Assembly: GCA_963759785.1 (NCBI GenBank)
Contig: CAVXAM010000005.1
Coordinates: 360,420 to 424,419 of the forward strand
Length of the DNA: 64,000 nt
Direction: 5' to 3'
Origin: an uncultured Chloroflexia bacterium
GTDB taxonomy: Bacteria; Chloroflexota; Dehalococcoidia; Dehalococcoidales; RBG-16-60-22
A program made the translations under genes and the position numbers. This document shows positions 18,769 to 27,782 of the stretch, piece after piece; the stretch's first letter is position 1, and every line of letters starts with the position of its first letter. The notes beneath the pieces are model-generated. The model had not been told where the DNA came from. It saw only the letters and a program-made list of their open reading frames with translations, and did no database searches.

Positions 18769-19857
18769 ATGAAAGCTGCGATTTTATACGAAGTAAATAA
18801 GCCTCTGGTCGTCGAAGACGGCGTAACGGTAGATGCGCCGGGTAAAGGCGAAGTAAAGGTTAAAGTAGCCTGCACCGCCGTGTGCCATAGCGACCTGCAT
18901 TTTTTCACCGGTGAAATACCTTCTCCGCTGCCCGGTTTGGCGGGACACGAAACCGCCGGCTATATTGATGAGGTCGGCGAGGGGGTGACTAAAGTAAAAA
19001 AAGGCGATACCGTCGTTATCGGGACGGTAACCTCCGGCTGCGGACATTGCTATTATTGTACCATCGGTAAACCTCATTACTGCGTCGAGCGGGGCGCTTT
19101 TTCCCGCCCCAAACATAAGAACAAGCAAGGACAGCCCCTGGCGTTAATGGCGGGTCCGGTCGGCGGCTTTGCGGAATACACCACCGTACCGCAGGAACTG
19201 GTCACGAAAATACCCAAAGAAATGCCGCTGGATAGAGCGTGTTTATTAGCCTGCGGTGTGACCTCGGGATTCGGCGCAGTGGTTAACCGCGCTAAAGTAC
19301 AGGCGATGAGCAGCGTCGTCGTGGTAGGGACGGGCGGCGTGGGGCTTAACTCAATTCAGGGGGCGGCTTTCTCCGGGGCTTATCCGGTCATTGCCGTCGA
19401 TGTGCTGGATAGTAAGCTAAAAACAGCTAAAACCTTCGGCGCGACACATACCGTTAACTTAAAAACGGAAAAGGACCCCGTTAAAGCTGTGCAGAATATG
19501 ACTAACGGGCGGGGGGCGGACTATGTTTTCGTGACGGTGGGGAAGGTCGAGGCTATCAGGACGGGTTTTTCGATGGCAGGTGATATGGGAATGACTGTTA
19601 TCATTGGTTTAGCGGTCGGCGACCTGAAAGACTTTACCCCGCTGGAGTTCGTCTTTACCGAAAAAATCCTTACCGGTGCCGGCGGCGGCTCGATACGTTC
19701 CAGTATCGATATACCCTTCCTCGTGTCGCTTTATCAGGCAGGGAAGCTAAAACTGGACGAACTTATCAGCGGGCATTATCCTCTAACTCGTATAAACGAA
19801 GCTGTTGAGTCCCTGCAAAAGGGCGAAGCTTTACGCAACATTATAATGTTTGAATAA
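18769..19857 (+). CDS. zinc-dependent alcohol dehydrogenase, tandem paralogue
   Basis: CHSDLH, GHETAG, CGHCYYCTIGKPHYC, GTGGVG. Collinear with the upstream ADH along its whole length. Confidence 0.9.
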   Translation: MKAAILYEVNKPLVVEDGVTVDAPGKGEVKVKVACTAVCHSDLHFFTGEIPSPLPGLAGHETAGYIDEVGEGVTKVKKGDTVVIGTVTSGCGHCYYCTIGKPHYCVERGAFSRPKHKNKQGQPLALMAGPVGGFAEYTTVPQELVTKIPKEMPLDRACLLACGVTSGFGAVVNRAKVQAMSSVVVVGTGGVGLNSIQGAAFSGAYPVIAVDVLDSKLKTAKTFGATHTVNLKTEKDPVKAVQNMTNGRGADYVFVTVGKVEAIRTGFSMAGDMGMTVIIGLAVGDLKDFTPLEFVFTEKILTGAGGGSIRSSIDIPFLVSLYQAGKLKLDELISGHYPLTRINEAVESLQKGEALRNIIMFE

Positions 19858-19916
19858 ACCATAATGAGTAATACCTGTTAACAAGGTGGATAGTTGGGGA
19901 TGAGTTCCTTCTTGGT

Positions 19917-20300
19917 TTAACGCAGCTTGCTAATCAGCTTTAAAGAACTAACGGTATCTTCGTAGTTGTCTCTGGTGTCAAAGCTAACGCTGTCATCCGC
20001 AAGTTGGGTATCTCTGGAAAAACAACTTCTGGCTGATTTTTTTCTGCCAGTTAGTGCTTTAGCTCTGGCTTCTTCTACCCAGATTTTTCTTGTCGCTACC
20101 CAGAAATAATCATCATCTTCTTTATGCACCCAGGCAAAGACGCCCATTTTCCCCTGGATTTTAGATTTATATTTGTTCAGGCTATAAGTGCGTTGATTCG
20201 CCTTGCAATAGTAGCAGCCGATATCTTGAGCCAGTTTTTTCACGAAATTTTCATCCTGTTCACCGAATTCTATTTTTTTGGTAGGCATTTTTGTTATCAT
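19917..20300 (-). CDS. hypothetical protein (127 aa, no recognisable domain)
   Basis: GGAGG RBS 6 nt upstream of ATG 20300. Lys-rich. No motif I recognise. Confidence 0.5.
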   Translation of the reverse strand: MITKMPTKKIEFGEQDENFVKKLAQDIGCYYCKANQRTYSLNKYKSKIQGKMGVFAWVHKEDDDYFWVATRKIWVEEARAKALTGRKKSARSCFSRDTQLADDSVSFDTRDNYEDTVSSLKLISKLR

Positions 20301-20343
20301 AGATGACCTCCTCTACGGTGATTAAGGACGCGATTTAGAGAAA

Positions 20344-20377
20344 GATATGGGCTGAAGAAAACTCCTCAACCCATATC
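20344..20377 (-). terminator. hairpin downstream of the zinc-ribbon gene
   Basis: gatatggg / cccatatc 8-bp stem with an 18-nt loop. T-rich tracts lie on both sides. Confidence 0.35.
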
Positions 20378-20399
20378 GTTTTCTTTGGTTGGTTAGGAG

Positions 20400-20723
20400 T
20401 TACCGGTTGTAACGTACTTTGCGGTAACAATCGCTGCAGTAAACCGGTCTGCCCTGGCGGGGCTCGAACGGCACCGTAGTTGTTTTACCACAATCGGAGC
20501 ACGTTGCCGGGAACGACTGGCGGGGTGCGGAACTATAGTCACGATTTCCGTAGCTGTTGCCGCCGTTGTTAAACCGTTCCGTTTTCCTTGCCTGACGGCA
20601 TTCGGGACAGCGTTTTGGTTCATTGGTATAACCTCTGGTTTGGAACTGCTCCTGTTCCTCGGCGCTAAAGGTAAAGGTTTTATTGCAGTCGGAACAGGTG
20701 AGTGTTTTGTCTTCAAAACTCAT
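20400..20723 (-). CDS. tandem CxxC...CxxC zinc-ribbon protein
   Basis: CSDCNKTFTFSAEEQEQFQTRGYTNEPKRCPEC and CSDCGKTTTVPFEPRQGRPVYCSDC. aggagg RBS. Confidence 0.7.
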   Translation of the reverse strand: MSFEDKTLTCSDCNKTFTFSAEEQEQFQTRGYTNEPKRCPECRQARKTERFNNGGNSYGNRDYSSAPRQSFPATCSDCGKTTTVPFEPRQGRPVYCSDCYRKVRYNR

Positions 20724-20930
20724 TGGATGCCCTCCTCTCTTAATATTTAGTTAGAGCTAAGGTCATCCAATACTTGATATCAATCTGATGAGACTTTAAG
20801 AAGTTTGTATTAACCTAAACTGGAACTATACATATATTATATACTAGATAACATAATTGTGCAAATCGTTCAGTTTGGAACAGCTTCTCCCTTATTTTAC
20901 GAACAGACACGTTGCCATGCCGCCGGGTTG

Positions 20931-21941
20931 TTACTTCCCGCCCCGCCATTTCGTTACCCCCAGCCCCACCGGATACGATATCATAAAGAATATCTGTTTC
21001 TGGATATTGCGGATAATCATCGGACCCCATTTTACGTCCGGAGGAATGTATGCCCCGAAGGCTTTATTGATAATATGCTTTTCTCCGCCAATCCAGAGCT
21101 CTACCTCGGCGCAGAGGTCGGTAATGTCCGGGTAGTTCATTGCCTGGAAGACGATAGAGGTTCCGTGCGATACGGTATGCTCCTTCATCATCTGGTAGCC
21201 GGTTTTCGATTTATCGCCGGGCAGCAACCAGAGCGTTTCGCCGCCGAACTCGCAGCCCGAGACGACCGTATCGTCGACTAAAGCCATCGGTTTGACGTAC
21301 TTCGTGTCGTAAGGGAGCATGTAGTATTTGCGGGTTTGCCCCGGCTTCGTGCCGTAGACGAAGTATTTAGAGTTTTTCAGCTCCTCCGGTTTCTTTTCCG
21401 GGGGCATCTCGAACTTCGTCGCGTCGTGGATTTCTTCCTTATCGTCGTGTTCGCGGGTATAAACGCCGGGACCCGACACCCAGTGGCATACCGGCAACTT
21501 GGTCGCTTTACCCCCTTTGCCCATGGTGGGCATGTGTTTCATGCCCGTCGGTATATAAGCCACCCAGCTTTTATCAAGCGGTATCCATTCGTCGCCCATT
21601 ATCATCCCCATCGAGCCGGTATCTTCGGGATGTTCCGGGTCGGTGCCCCACCACGAAAGCAGTTCGGGGAAGTTATGTCCATGGGGGAACATCGGTTTAT
21701 CGTTAGTAGGTAGTTTCATCTGCTCTTCGCGCGATATTATGCCGGGATAGCTGGAAGGCCATATCCAGGTCGCTTCACCGTAATAGGAGCCGGGGATTAC
21801 GTCGCTGTCAAGCCAGAGGGTGTGCTCCATGCTGAGGCGCTTGCCCGCGGTGTGTAGTTTATCGACTTCTTGCCAGTTCGGCCCGGGCAGCATATCCCTT
21901 TTTTGGAGTGTCGTGCAGATGTATTTATCGTATTGCCCCAT
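20931..21941 (-). CDS. two-module cupin-like protein of an uncharacterised family
   Basis: N-terminal module has HGHNFPE...YIPTGMKHMP. The C-terminal module is degenerate (AEVELWIGG...YIPPDVKWGP). N-terminal YDKY motif is shared with the paralogues. Confidence 0.7.
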   Translation of the reverse strand: MGQYDKYICTTLQKRDMLPGPNWQEVDKLHTAGKRLSMEHTLWLDSDVIPGSYYGEATWIWPSSYPGIISREEQMKLPTNDKPMFPHGHNFPELLSWWGTDPEHPEDTGSMGMIMGDEWIPLDKSWVAYIPTGMKHMPTMGKGGKATKLPVCHWVSGPGVYTREHDDKEEIHDATKFEMPPEKKPEELKNSKYFVYGTKPGQTRKYYMLPYDTKYVKPMALVDDTVVSGCEFGGETLWLLPGDKSKTGYQMMKEHTVSHGTSIVFQAMNYPDITDLCAEVELWIGGEKHIINKAFGAYIPPDVKWGPMIIRNIQKQIFFMISYPVGLGVTKWRGGK

Positions 21942-21983
21942 ATAACAATTCCTTCTATTGATACTTATTTTTAGCCTAGGATA

Positions 21984-22439
21984 TTACTTCGTGAAATTTT
22001 TGCCGACGATAACCGAGTCGAAAGACGGGGCGAACATGATGTGTCCGAACATAATCGGCTTATCTACCCGTTTAAAATTAAGCGGGCAATGCATTACCAT
22101 CGATGGGACGTAGACCCAGGTCGTGCAGGTAATAACATGTGTTTCGGCGTCCTCACCCGCGCCTAGCGTAAACTCCACCTCCGCCCCGAACTCCTTGAAA
22201 TTCATCGGGTCGCCGCCGATAAAATAAAGGATTTCTGCGACCTTATGCTGATGCCCGTCCGGTATCATTTTATAAGGTCGATAAATAGGACGCAGTACCT
22301 GTGTTAACGGCTCATCCCAGCCTTTCACAGGCTCATGCTGTCCGATACCGATGTATACCGGAGCATCAGGCGGAGTTCCCGGGTGGATGATGCCCCATGG
22401 TTCTTTCAAGAAATATTTATCGTATTTTCCTTTAGCCAC
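21984..22439 (-). CDS. single-module cupin-like protein, same family
   Basis: GTG start with GGGAGG RBS. Motifs KYDKY, HQHKVAE, GAEVEF, YVPSMVMHCP. Confidence 0.7.
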   Translation of the reverse strand: MAKGKYDKYFLKEPWGIIHPGTPPDAPVYIGIGQHEPVKGWDEPLTQVLRPIYRPYKMIPDGHQHKVAEILYFIGGDPMNFKEFGAEVEFTLGAGEDAETHVITCTTWVYVPSMVMHCPLNFKRVDKPIMFGHIMFAPSFDSVIVGKNFTK

Positions 22440-22622
22440 GGTTAGTGCCTCCCTTATTATTAAATGGTGGACGTTATTATACGAAAGGTATAACTTTTGA
22501 ACTAATTTTCTCTTACATTTTAATCAAATTCAATATACAATACAAGCTAATATTGTGTGTATTGTTTAGTTTAGACATTTTTAGCCGGATATACTCAGGG
22601 GAAGGTCGAACTTCGCTTTCTT

Positions 22623-23294
22623 CTACTTAAGCGCCTTCCTGCCCGAGGCTGGATTATCGAAGTGGAAAGGACAGATAAAACCCGACGGCCATTGCGTTTC
22701 CTCCGGCGCTCCATCCGCCTTTAGTTGGGGATTACGCTGGTAAGGACGGTTAATTCTTTCATCAGTCAGCCTATCAACCGGCACAAAGCTCGTACGCCAG
22801 GGGGCGTGGAAAGTCATACACCAGCGGACTTTCTTCATTTTCCACCGGTCGTCTTGTTTTATATATTCAACTTCATATACGCCGTTCATCCAGCCGGGAT
22901 TGATTTTATTACCCGGTGCTGGGAAAGCATTAACCCCGAAGCCGTACCACCTGCCTTTAGCCGTTTTACCATCTTCGGATACGTGCACAATACCGGATAA
23001 CTGCATTACCTGGTGCATAAACTCTGGATTGGAGGATTTCCTTACCTCAACATCTTTTTGTCCGTGATGGAAAAAGTCCCGTATATTTTCCTTCCCGATA
23101 TAATGACCGGCCGCTACCAGCAGTTCGGTATCCGGTCCGTCGGCAAAGCAGTCAATGATATCTTCAGCCATCCAGTGCTCCAGATAGAAGCCGTATGCCC
23201 TTTGTAGTTTTTTTATCTCCTCGGTATCTTCTAAAATTTCAAGTTTTTTCTCCAAATACTTGACTTTTGCGGTCAGCTCTTCGATATTCATCAT
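22623..23294 (-). CDS. NTF2/SnoaL-like fold protein
   Basis: N-terminal coiled helix, then IKKLQRAYGFYLEHWMAEDIIDCFADG..., typical of SnoaL-like polyketide-cyclase-fold proteins. Confidence 0.6.
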   Translation of the reverse strand: MMNIEELTAKVKYLEKKLEILEDTEEIKKLQRAYGFYLEHWMAEDIIDCFADGPDTELLVAAGHYIGKENIRDFFHHGQKDVEVRKSSNPEFMHQVMQLSGIVHVSEDGKTAKGRWYGFGVNAFPAPGNKINPGWMNGVYEVEYIKQDDRWKMKKVRWCMTFHAPWRTSFVPVDRLTDERINRPYQRNPQLKADGAPEETQWPSGFICPFHFDNPASGRKALK

Positions 23295-23321
23295 GCTCTC
23301 CTTCCCGTTAAAAACATTTCT

Positions 23322-24077
23322 TTAAGGCGATACCCCGCCCGAAACCACCAGTACCTGCCCGACGATATCACTGGCGGCATCGGAAGCCAGAAAGGTGACG
23401 GCATTAGCAACGTCCTGCTGTGTGGTTAGTCGTCTTATCGGTAGATTCTTGGGAAAATTCTCCAACATACCAGGGGGAGCGTTTTTAGCGAAGCCGGTAT
23501 TGGCCGGACCAGGTGAAACGCAGTTGATGTTGATTCCCTCGGGTGCTGCTTCTTTGGCGACCCCCATACTGAATGCGATAATGCCTGCTTTAGCGGCGGC
23601 ATAGCCAGCCGTAAACATCCCGCCATTAATCCCCGCGCCGGACGTAATATTCACAATTTTACCGCTTTTTTGCTTTATCATTATCGGCAGAACGGTCTTC
23701 GTACCGTTGCGCGTGCTTTTAAGGTTCACGTTGATATCGAACTCCCAGTCCTTATCAGTCATTTGTAAGAATGGTTTAGGCGGTGTACAGCCGCCCGCAT
23801 TATTCACCAATATGTCGATACGACCGAACTTCTCCAATATTTTACTAGCCATTGACTCCCATTCTGTAACACTTGTGACATCGCCTTTAATCGCCATGGA
23901 CCGGCGTCCCAATTTCTCCACTTCAGCGGCGGTTTGTTGCGCGCCATCGATATCGATATCGTTGATGACGACGTCGCACCCTTCCTTAGCTAACTGTAGG
24001 GCTATGGCTTTCCCGAAGCCTATCTGACTGCCAGCCCCGGTAACCAGCGCTATTTTACCTTTTAGTCCCAGCTCCAT
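23322..24077 (-). CDS. short-chain dehydrogenase/reductase
   Basis: TGAGSQIGFG cofactor motif, NNAG, and a YAAAK catalytic Tyr-x3-Lys. Confidence 0.9.
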   Translation of the reverse strand: MELGLKGKIALVTGAGSQIGFGKAIALQLAKEGCDVVINDIDIDGAQQTAAEVEKLGRRSMAIKGDVTSVTEWESMASKILEKFGRIDILVNNAGGCTPPKPFLQMTDKDWEFDINVNLKSTRNGTKTVLPIMIKQKSGKIVNITSGAGINGGMFTAGYAAAKAGIIAFSMGVAKEAAPEGININCVSPGPANTGFAKNAPPGMLENFPKNLPIRRLTTQQDVANAVTFLASDAASDIVGQVLVVSGGVSP

Positions 24078-24117
24078 TTGATGCCTCCTTTTATAGTTGC
24101 TATTTAATTAAAAAACC

Positions 24118-24894
24118 TTAAGGCGCTGCCCGGCTGGGCATGCCCCCTCCGACGCGGATACTGTCACCGGTGATATAAGACGATTCGTCCGATGCCAGGA
24201 AAAGCGCCGCGGACGCAATGTCTTCCACCGTGCCTTCTCTCCCCAGTGGTATGCCTTCCGCCATCTTGCCCATGAAGGCGTCCAGGTCTTTTATCGCCGG
24301 TGGGGCGAAGTCGCGCGTCATGTCCGTGCGAATCATGCCGGGGAGAATAGCATTGCAGGTGACGTGATATTTAGCCATTTCCAGCGCAAAGCAGTCGGAT
24401 AGGTGTTTGGCGGCGGCTTTAGCGGCGGCGTAATGGATGGAAAATGGGGCGGGGGATATGCCGGCTAGCGAGGCGATATTGATGATTTTACCGTATTTAT
24501 TGGCTTTCATATGGGGGGCGATAGCCTGAAGACACAGGAAGATGCCTTTCATATTCACCGCCACCACCTGGTCATACTCTGCCTCGGAGATATCATTAAT
24601 GAGCTTAGGGGGCTTGCCGATGCCGGCGCAATTTACCATGATGTCTATTTTCTTGAACTTGGCGATGGCTTTAGCTACCATATCATTCACCTGGGCGCTG
24701 CTGGTGACATCGCAATGGACATAAACGGCATCCCTGTCAGCTTTTTTAATATCCGCGACTGTCTTCTCGCCGTCTTTGTCCAGCAAATCTACAATGACCG
24801 AGGAGCATCCCTCCTTGGCAAAGCGGAGGGCTATCGCCCGGCCCATGCCGCGGGCGCCTCCGGTGATGATGGCTACCCTATCTTTTAACAACAT
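24118..24894 (-). CDS. short-chain dehydrogenase/reductase
   Basis: TGGARGMG, NCAG, YAAAKAA catalytic motif. Confidence 0.9.
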   Translation of the reverse strand: MLLKDRVAIITGGARGMGRAIALRFAKEGCSSVIVDLLDKDGEKTVADIKKADRDAVYVHCDVTSSAQVNDMVAKAIAKFKKIDIMVNCAGIGKPPKLINDISEAEYDQVVAVNMKGIFLCLQAIAPHMKANKYGKIINIASLAGISPAPFSIHYAAAKAAAKHLSDCFALEMAKYHVTCNAILPGMIRTDMTRDFAPPAIKDLDAFMGKMAEGIPLGREGTVEDIASAALFLASDESSYITGDSIRVGGGMPSRAAP

Positions 24895-24919
24895 AATACT
24901 TTTTTCTCCTTTTTATTGT

Positions 24920-26464
24920 TTATTCATCCTTAGCTGTGATATAAGTTGAAGACTCTGATGCACCGTTAGGGTCGAACGTTTTCTTGATTTTTCTTAACCA
25001 TAAATGATAATTACTGGCGTACGGCCCGTACATATCGTGGAGAGTATCGCTCCAGACGTGCTGCGGTACGCCGAAAAATTCCTTAATCGAAATTTCGTTA
25101 GAACCCGCGTTGATAACTCGATTGATCTCTCTGGGGTCTTTAACTGTTATCGAAATACGTGCCAGTATTTCACCGTGACCGGTATGCCCGTGCTCGATGG
25201 ACTGGATAAACGGAGATGTCCCGTCGTCGTAAAGAGAACCTTCTTTGATGAGCTTTTCCTTAAGTTTAGTGCAGCTCTTGATGAAGTAGCTCATCAGGGG
25301 GAAGGAATCGCCGCCGCCGACCATACCTGCCTGCGGCGCTAAAACCCGTCCTGTCTCTTTAATCGAGCCGGTTTCTCTGAAATAGCGCCAGATGTAGCCT
25401 CCCTGGTTCTCGGGGTCATCGACTGCCTCCAGGCATCTCCCTCCAGTTTCATCAATTATTGTCTGTAATACCTTTTTCTTATAAGCAAAATCGTCTTCAG
25501 AGTTAGCGGCAATTAGGACCATGAATCCGGGACCCAGCACCGAATCCTTAAACTTATTATAAATTTCTCTTTCCTCTTCCATATTTTTGGTAGCCAGGTT
25601 GGAAGCCATCATGGCGGCATTGAAGCACATTAACTCCGTGGCAATTTCTGCCTCGCCTATCTTGAGAACGGCGTCAATCATAGCATCTAACGTCTTAAAA
25701 GAAAAATAGCGGACTAGAAACCCCGGCGGTACATAAGCTGGCTTGTACTTCGGCGATACGCCTTCCATGGGGAAAGTAGCGGGTCCCGGCCAGTGATAAA
25801 GTTTCTGGGCGGCTTTGGTATAAACGCCGAGTCCGCCCAGCGGCATCGTGTTGCCCCTGATAATGCCGCGCAGCGAGGGTCCCGGTCCGTCGCCGCAGAA
25901 CCACTCGTTATTCGTGCCGAGCGAGCCCAATCGCACGATTTCTCCGTCGCCGGTGACCCACTCTAAAGCAAGCTGGTTTCTCTCACCGTAGCTGCCGCTT
26001 TGACTTAAATGCCCAAGGTTGACATGAGCCGCCAGCGGGAGAGCCGAACAATTGCTGCCGGCGCCGGTCAGATTACAGTTAAGTCCCCTTTTCATACACT
26101 CGGCTTGAAGCTGGGCGCCGATAACGTAAGGTTCGACGACAGCGTACATACTTTTTTCGTTGATTTCTATAATGCGGTTCATCCGACGCAGGTCTATCTT
26201 GATACAGCCGGGCTTAGCCGAGTCGCTATAAAGCCAGCCGGTACTGGAGGCTTTATATTGTACCCCGTGTTTGTTGCATAGCTTGACGATTGCCTGTACC
26301 TGCTCCGTACTATCCGGCAGGGTGATAGCTTCGAACCTAGGGGGCACGGGTATACCGTGTCTGACCGGGTTGGCATAGGTCTCGGTAATGACAGGGTCAT
26401 CGGAAACATTTTCCGGACCAAGTATATCTTCCAGGGCTCGATAAAAATCTCTCTTTAAAGCCAT
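24920..26464 (-). CDS. FAD-linked oxidase (PCMH-type FAD_binding_4 family), intact
   Basis: 514 aa. N-terminal FAD-binding domain pattern and a C-terminal ...FDPNGASE end, typical of GlcD/vanillyl-alcohol-oxidase-like enzymes. Confidence 0.8.
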   Translation of the reverse strand: MALKRDFYRALEDILGPENVSDDPVITETYANPVRHGIPVPPRFEAITLPDSTEQVQAIVKLCNKHGVQYKASSTGWLYSDSAKPGCIKIDLRRMNRIIEINEKSMYAVVEPYVIGAQLQAECMKRGLNCNLTGAGSNCSALPLAAHVNLGHLSQSGSYGERNQLALEWVTGDGEIVRLGSLGTNNEWFCGDGPGPSLRGIIRGNTMPLGGLGVYTKAAQKLYHWPGPATFPMEGVSPKYKPAYVPPGFLVRYFSFKTLDAMIDAVLKIGEAEIATELMCFNAAMMASNLATKNMEEEREIYNKFKDSVLGPGFMVLIAANSEDDFAYKKKVLQTIIDETGGRCLEAVDDPENQGGYIWRYFRETGSIKETGRVLAPQAGMVGGGDSFPLMSYFIKSCTKLKEKLIKEGSLYDDGTSPFIQSIEHGHTGHGEILARISITVKDPREINRVINAGSNEISIKEFFGVPQHVWSDTLHDMYGPYASNYHLWLRKIKKTFDPNGASESSTYITAKDE

Positions 26465-26477
26465 CTTGCATCACCTC

Positions 26478-27720
26478 CTAAAGCGCTTTTTCCAGTAATT
26501 CGACGACATCGTAAACCTTTAGCTTGCTGCGTTTTTGAGACAATAGCATCATTTAAGTTTTTAACACACCAGGGGCAGGCTGTAGCGATGGCGGAAGCCC
26601 CGGTTAATTCAGCCTCATCGATTCTTTCTTGAGCCGTCCACATGGAAAATTCCGGGTTAGTCTCATTAACACCGCCGCCAGCGCCGCAGCACCAGGCATA
26701 CTCTTTAGATTCTATCCATTTCCACCAGCTTAAGACCGGGAATGCTTTTTAAGATATCGCGCGGCGGTTCGTAAATGCCATGGGTTCCGCGGCGGTATTC
26801 TTTGGGCGGCTCATGAGAACGTATTCCAGCTAATACTTCTTTGCCTTTCCAGTGAATGTAAGGCTCGCCCATACGACCGAGATGGCAAGGGTCATGGTAA
26901 GTGACACGGTGTTCGTTTCTTCGTCGGTTTTAACTTCCCGTCTTTAATCAGGCGGGCAAGATATTCTGTGATATGCAGGACTTCAAGGTCGCCTTTTAAA
27001 TCAAACTTATCATAGAGGACTTTAAAAGCGTGGTAGCATTCGGCGCAGCCAGTGACTAAAGTTTTAGCACCGGACTTCTTAATCATTGCCATATTCTTTT
27101 TCGCCTGTTCCAGTAAAGTCTTTTTCATAGCCCATCTGGTAGGCGCGACCGCCGCAGCAGGTCTCATTCTCACCGGCGATACCGAAGTTGATGCCTGCTT
27201 TCTTCAGGAGTTTGGCGGTCGTTTTCGCCAGCTTCCACATATCCTTGTTATAGCTGGTCAGGCAGCCGACGTGAAAAATGACATCTACCTTTTCTTTGGT
27301 GCAGTCCTTGATATTAAGTCCTGCCGCCCATTCGCCACGTTTGATTTTGGCGCCCGGTACCATAGTGCCCTGTTTCCGCAGGCTGTTGATAACTTTATCG
27401 AGGGCGGGATTGGTATGGCCGGATTCGACACAGCTAATCCGGATTTCATTTATCGGCTCGATGACTTCCATGTCCATAGAATATTTGCATGAGGTATCGC
27501 AGGCGCCGCACATCTGGCAGTTGTACACTACCTCGAGCAGCTTATCGGTATAGTCAAGTCTTTTCTCCAGCAAAGCCGTGCCCATCACCATACGTCCGCC
27601 GCCGCAATAGGAATGAAAATTATATTTAGAGATACTGGGGCAAACATTGACACGGTCGTACCCCGTAACTTTTTCCAGGGGGATAAATTTACACGCCGAA
27701 CACCGGCGGCAGGTTTCCAT
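26478..27720 (-). pseudogene. GlcF/heterodisulfide-reductase-like Fe-S protein (2x[4Fe-4S] plus two CCG domains), frame-disrupted
   Basis: The reading frame must change at least 4 times, near 27120-27130, 26905-26930, 26700-26716 and 26511-26540. This is needed to join CxxCxxC...CGACDTSC, ETCCGGRAY, TGCAECYH, VTYHDPCHLGR, WCCGAGGG, ACPWC and the C-terminal KVYDVVELLEKAL. Confidence 0.75.
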
Positions 27721-27782
27721 ATGATTCTCTATAATCTTCTAACGCCATAGTATTTCTCCTTAGTGTTTCAATTACAGAAACT

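Noticed and set aside
26455-27173. ORFs 26455..26643 and 26892..27173 as independent small genes
   Set aside because: They are consecutive fragments of one GlcF-like protein (CCG-domain motifs continue across them), not separate genes.
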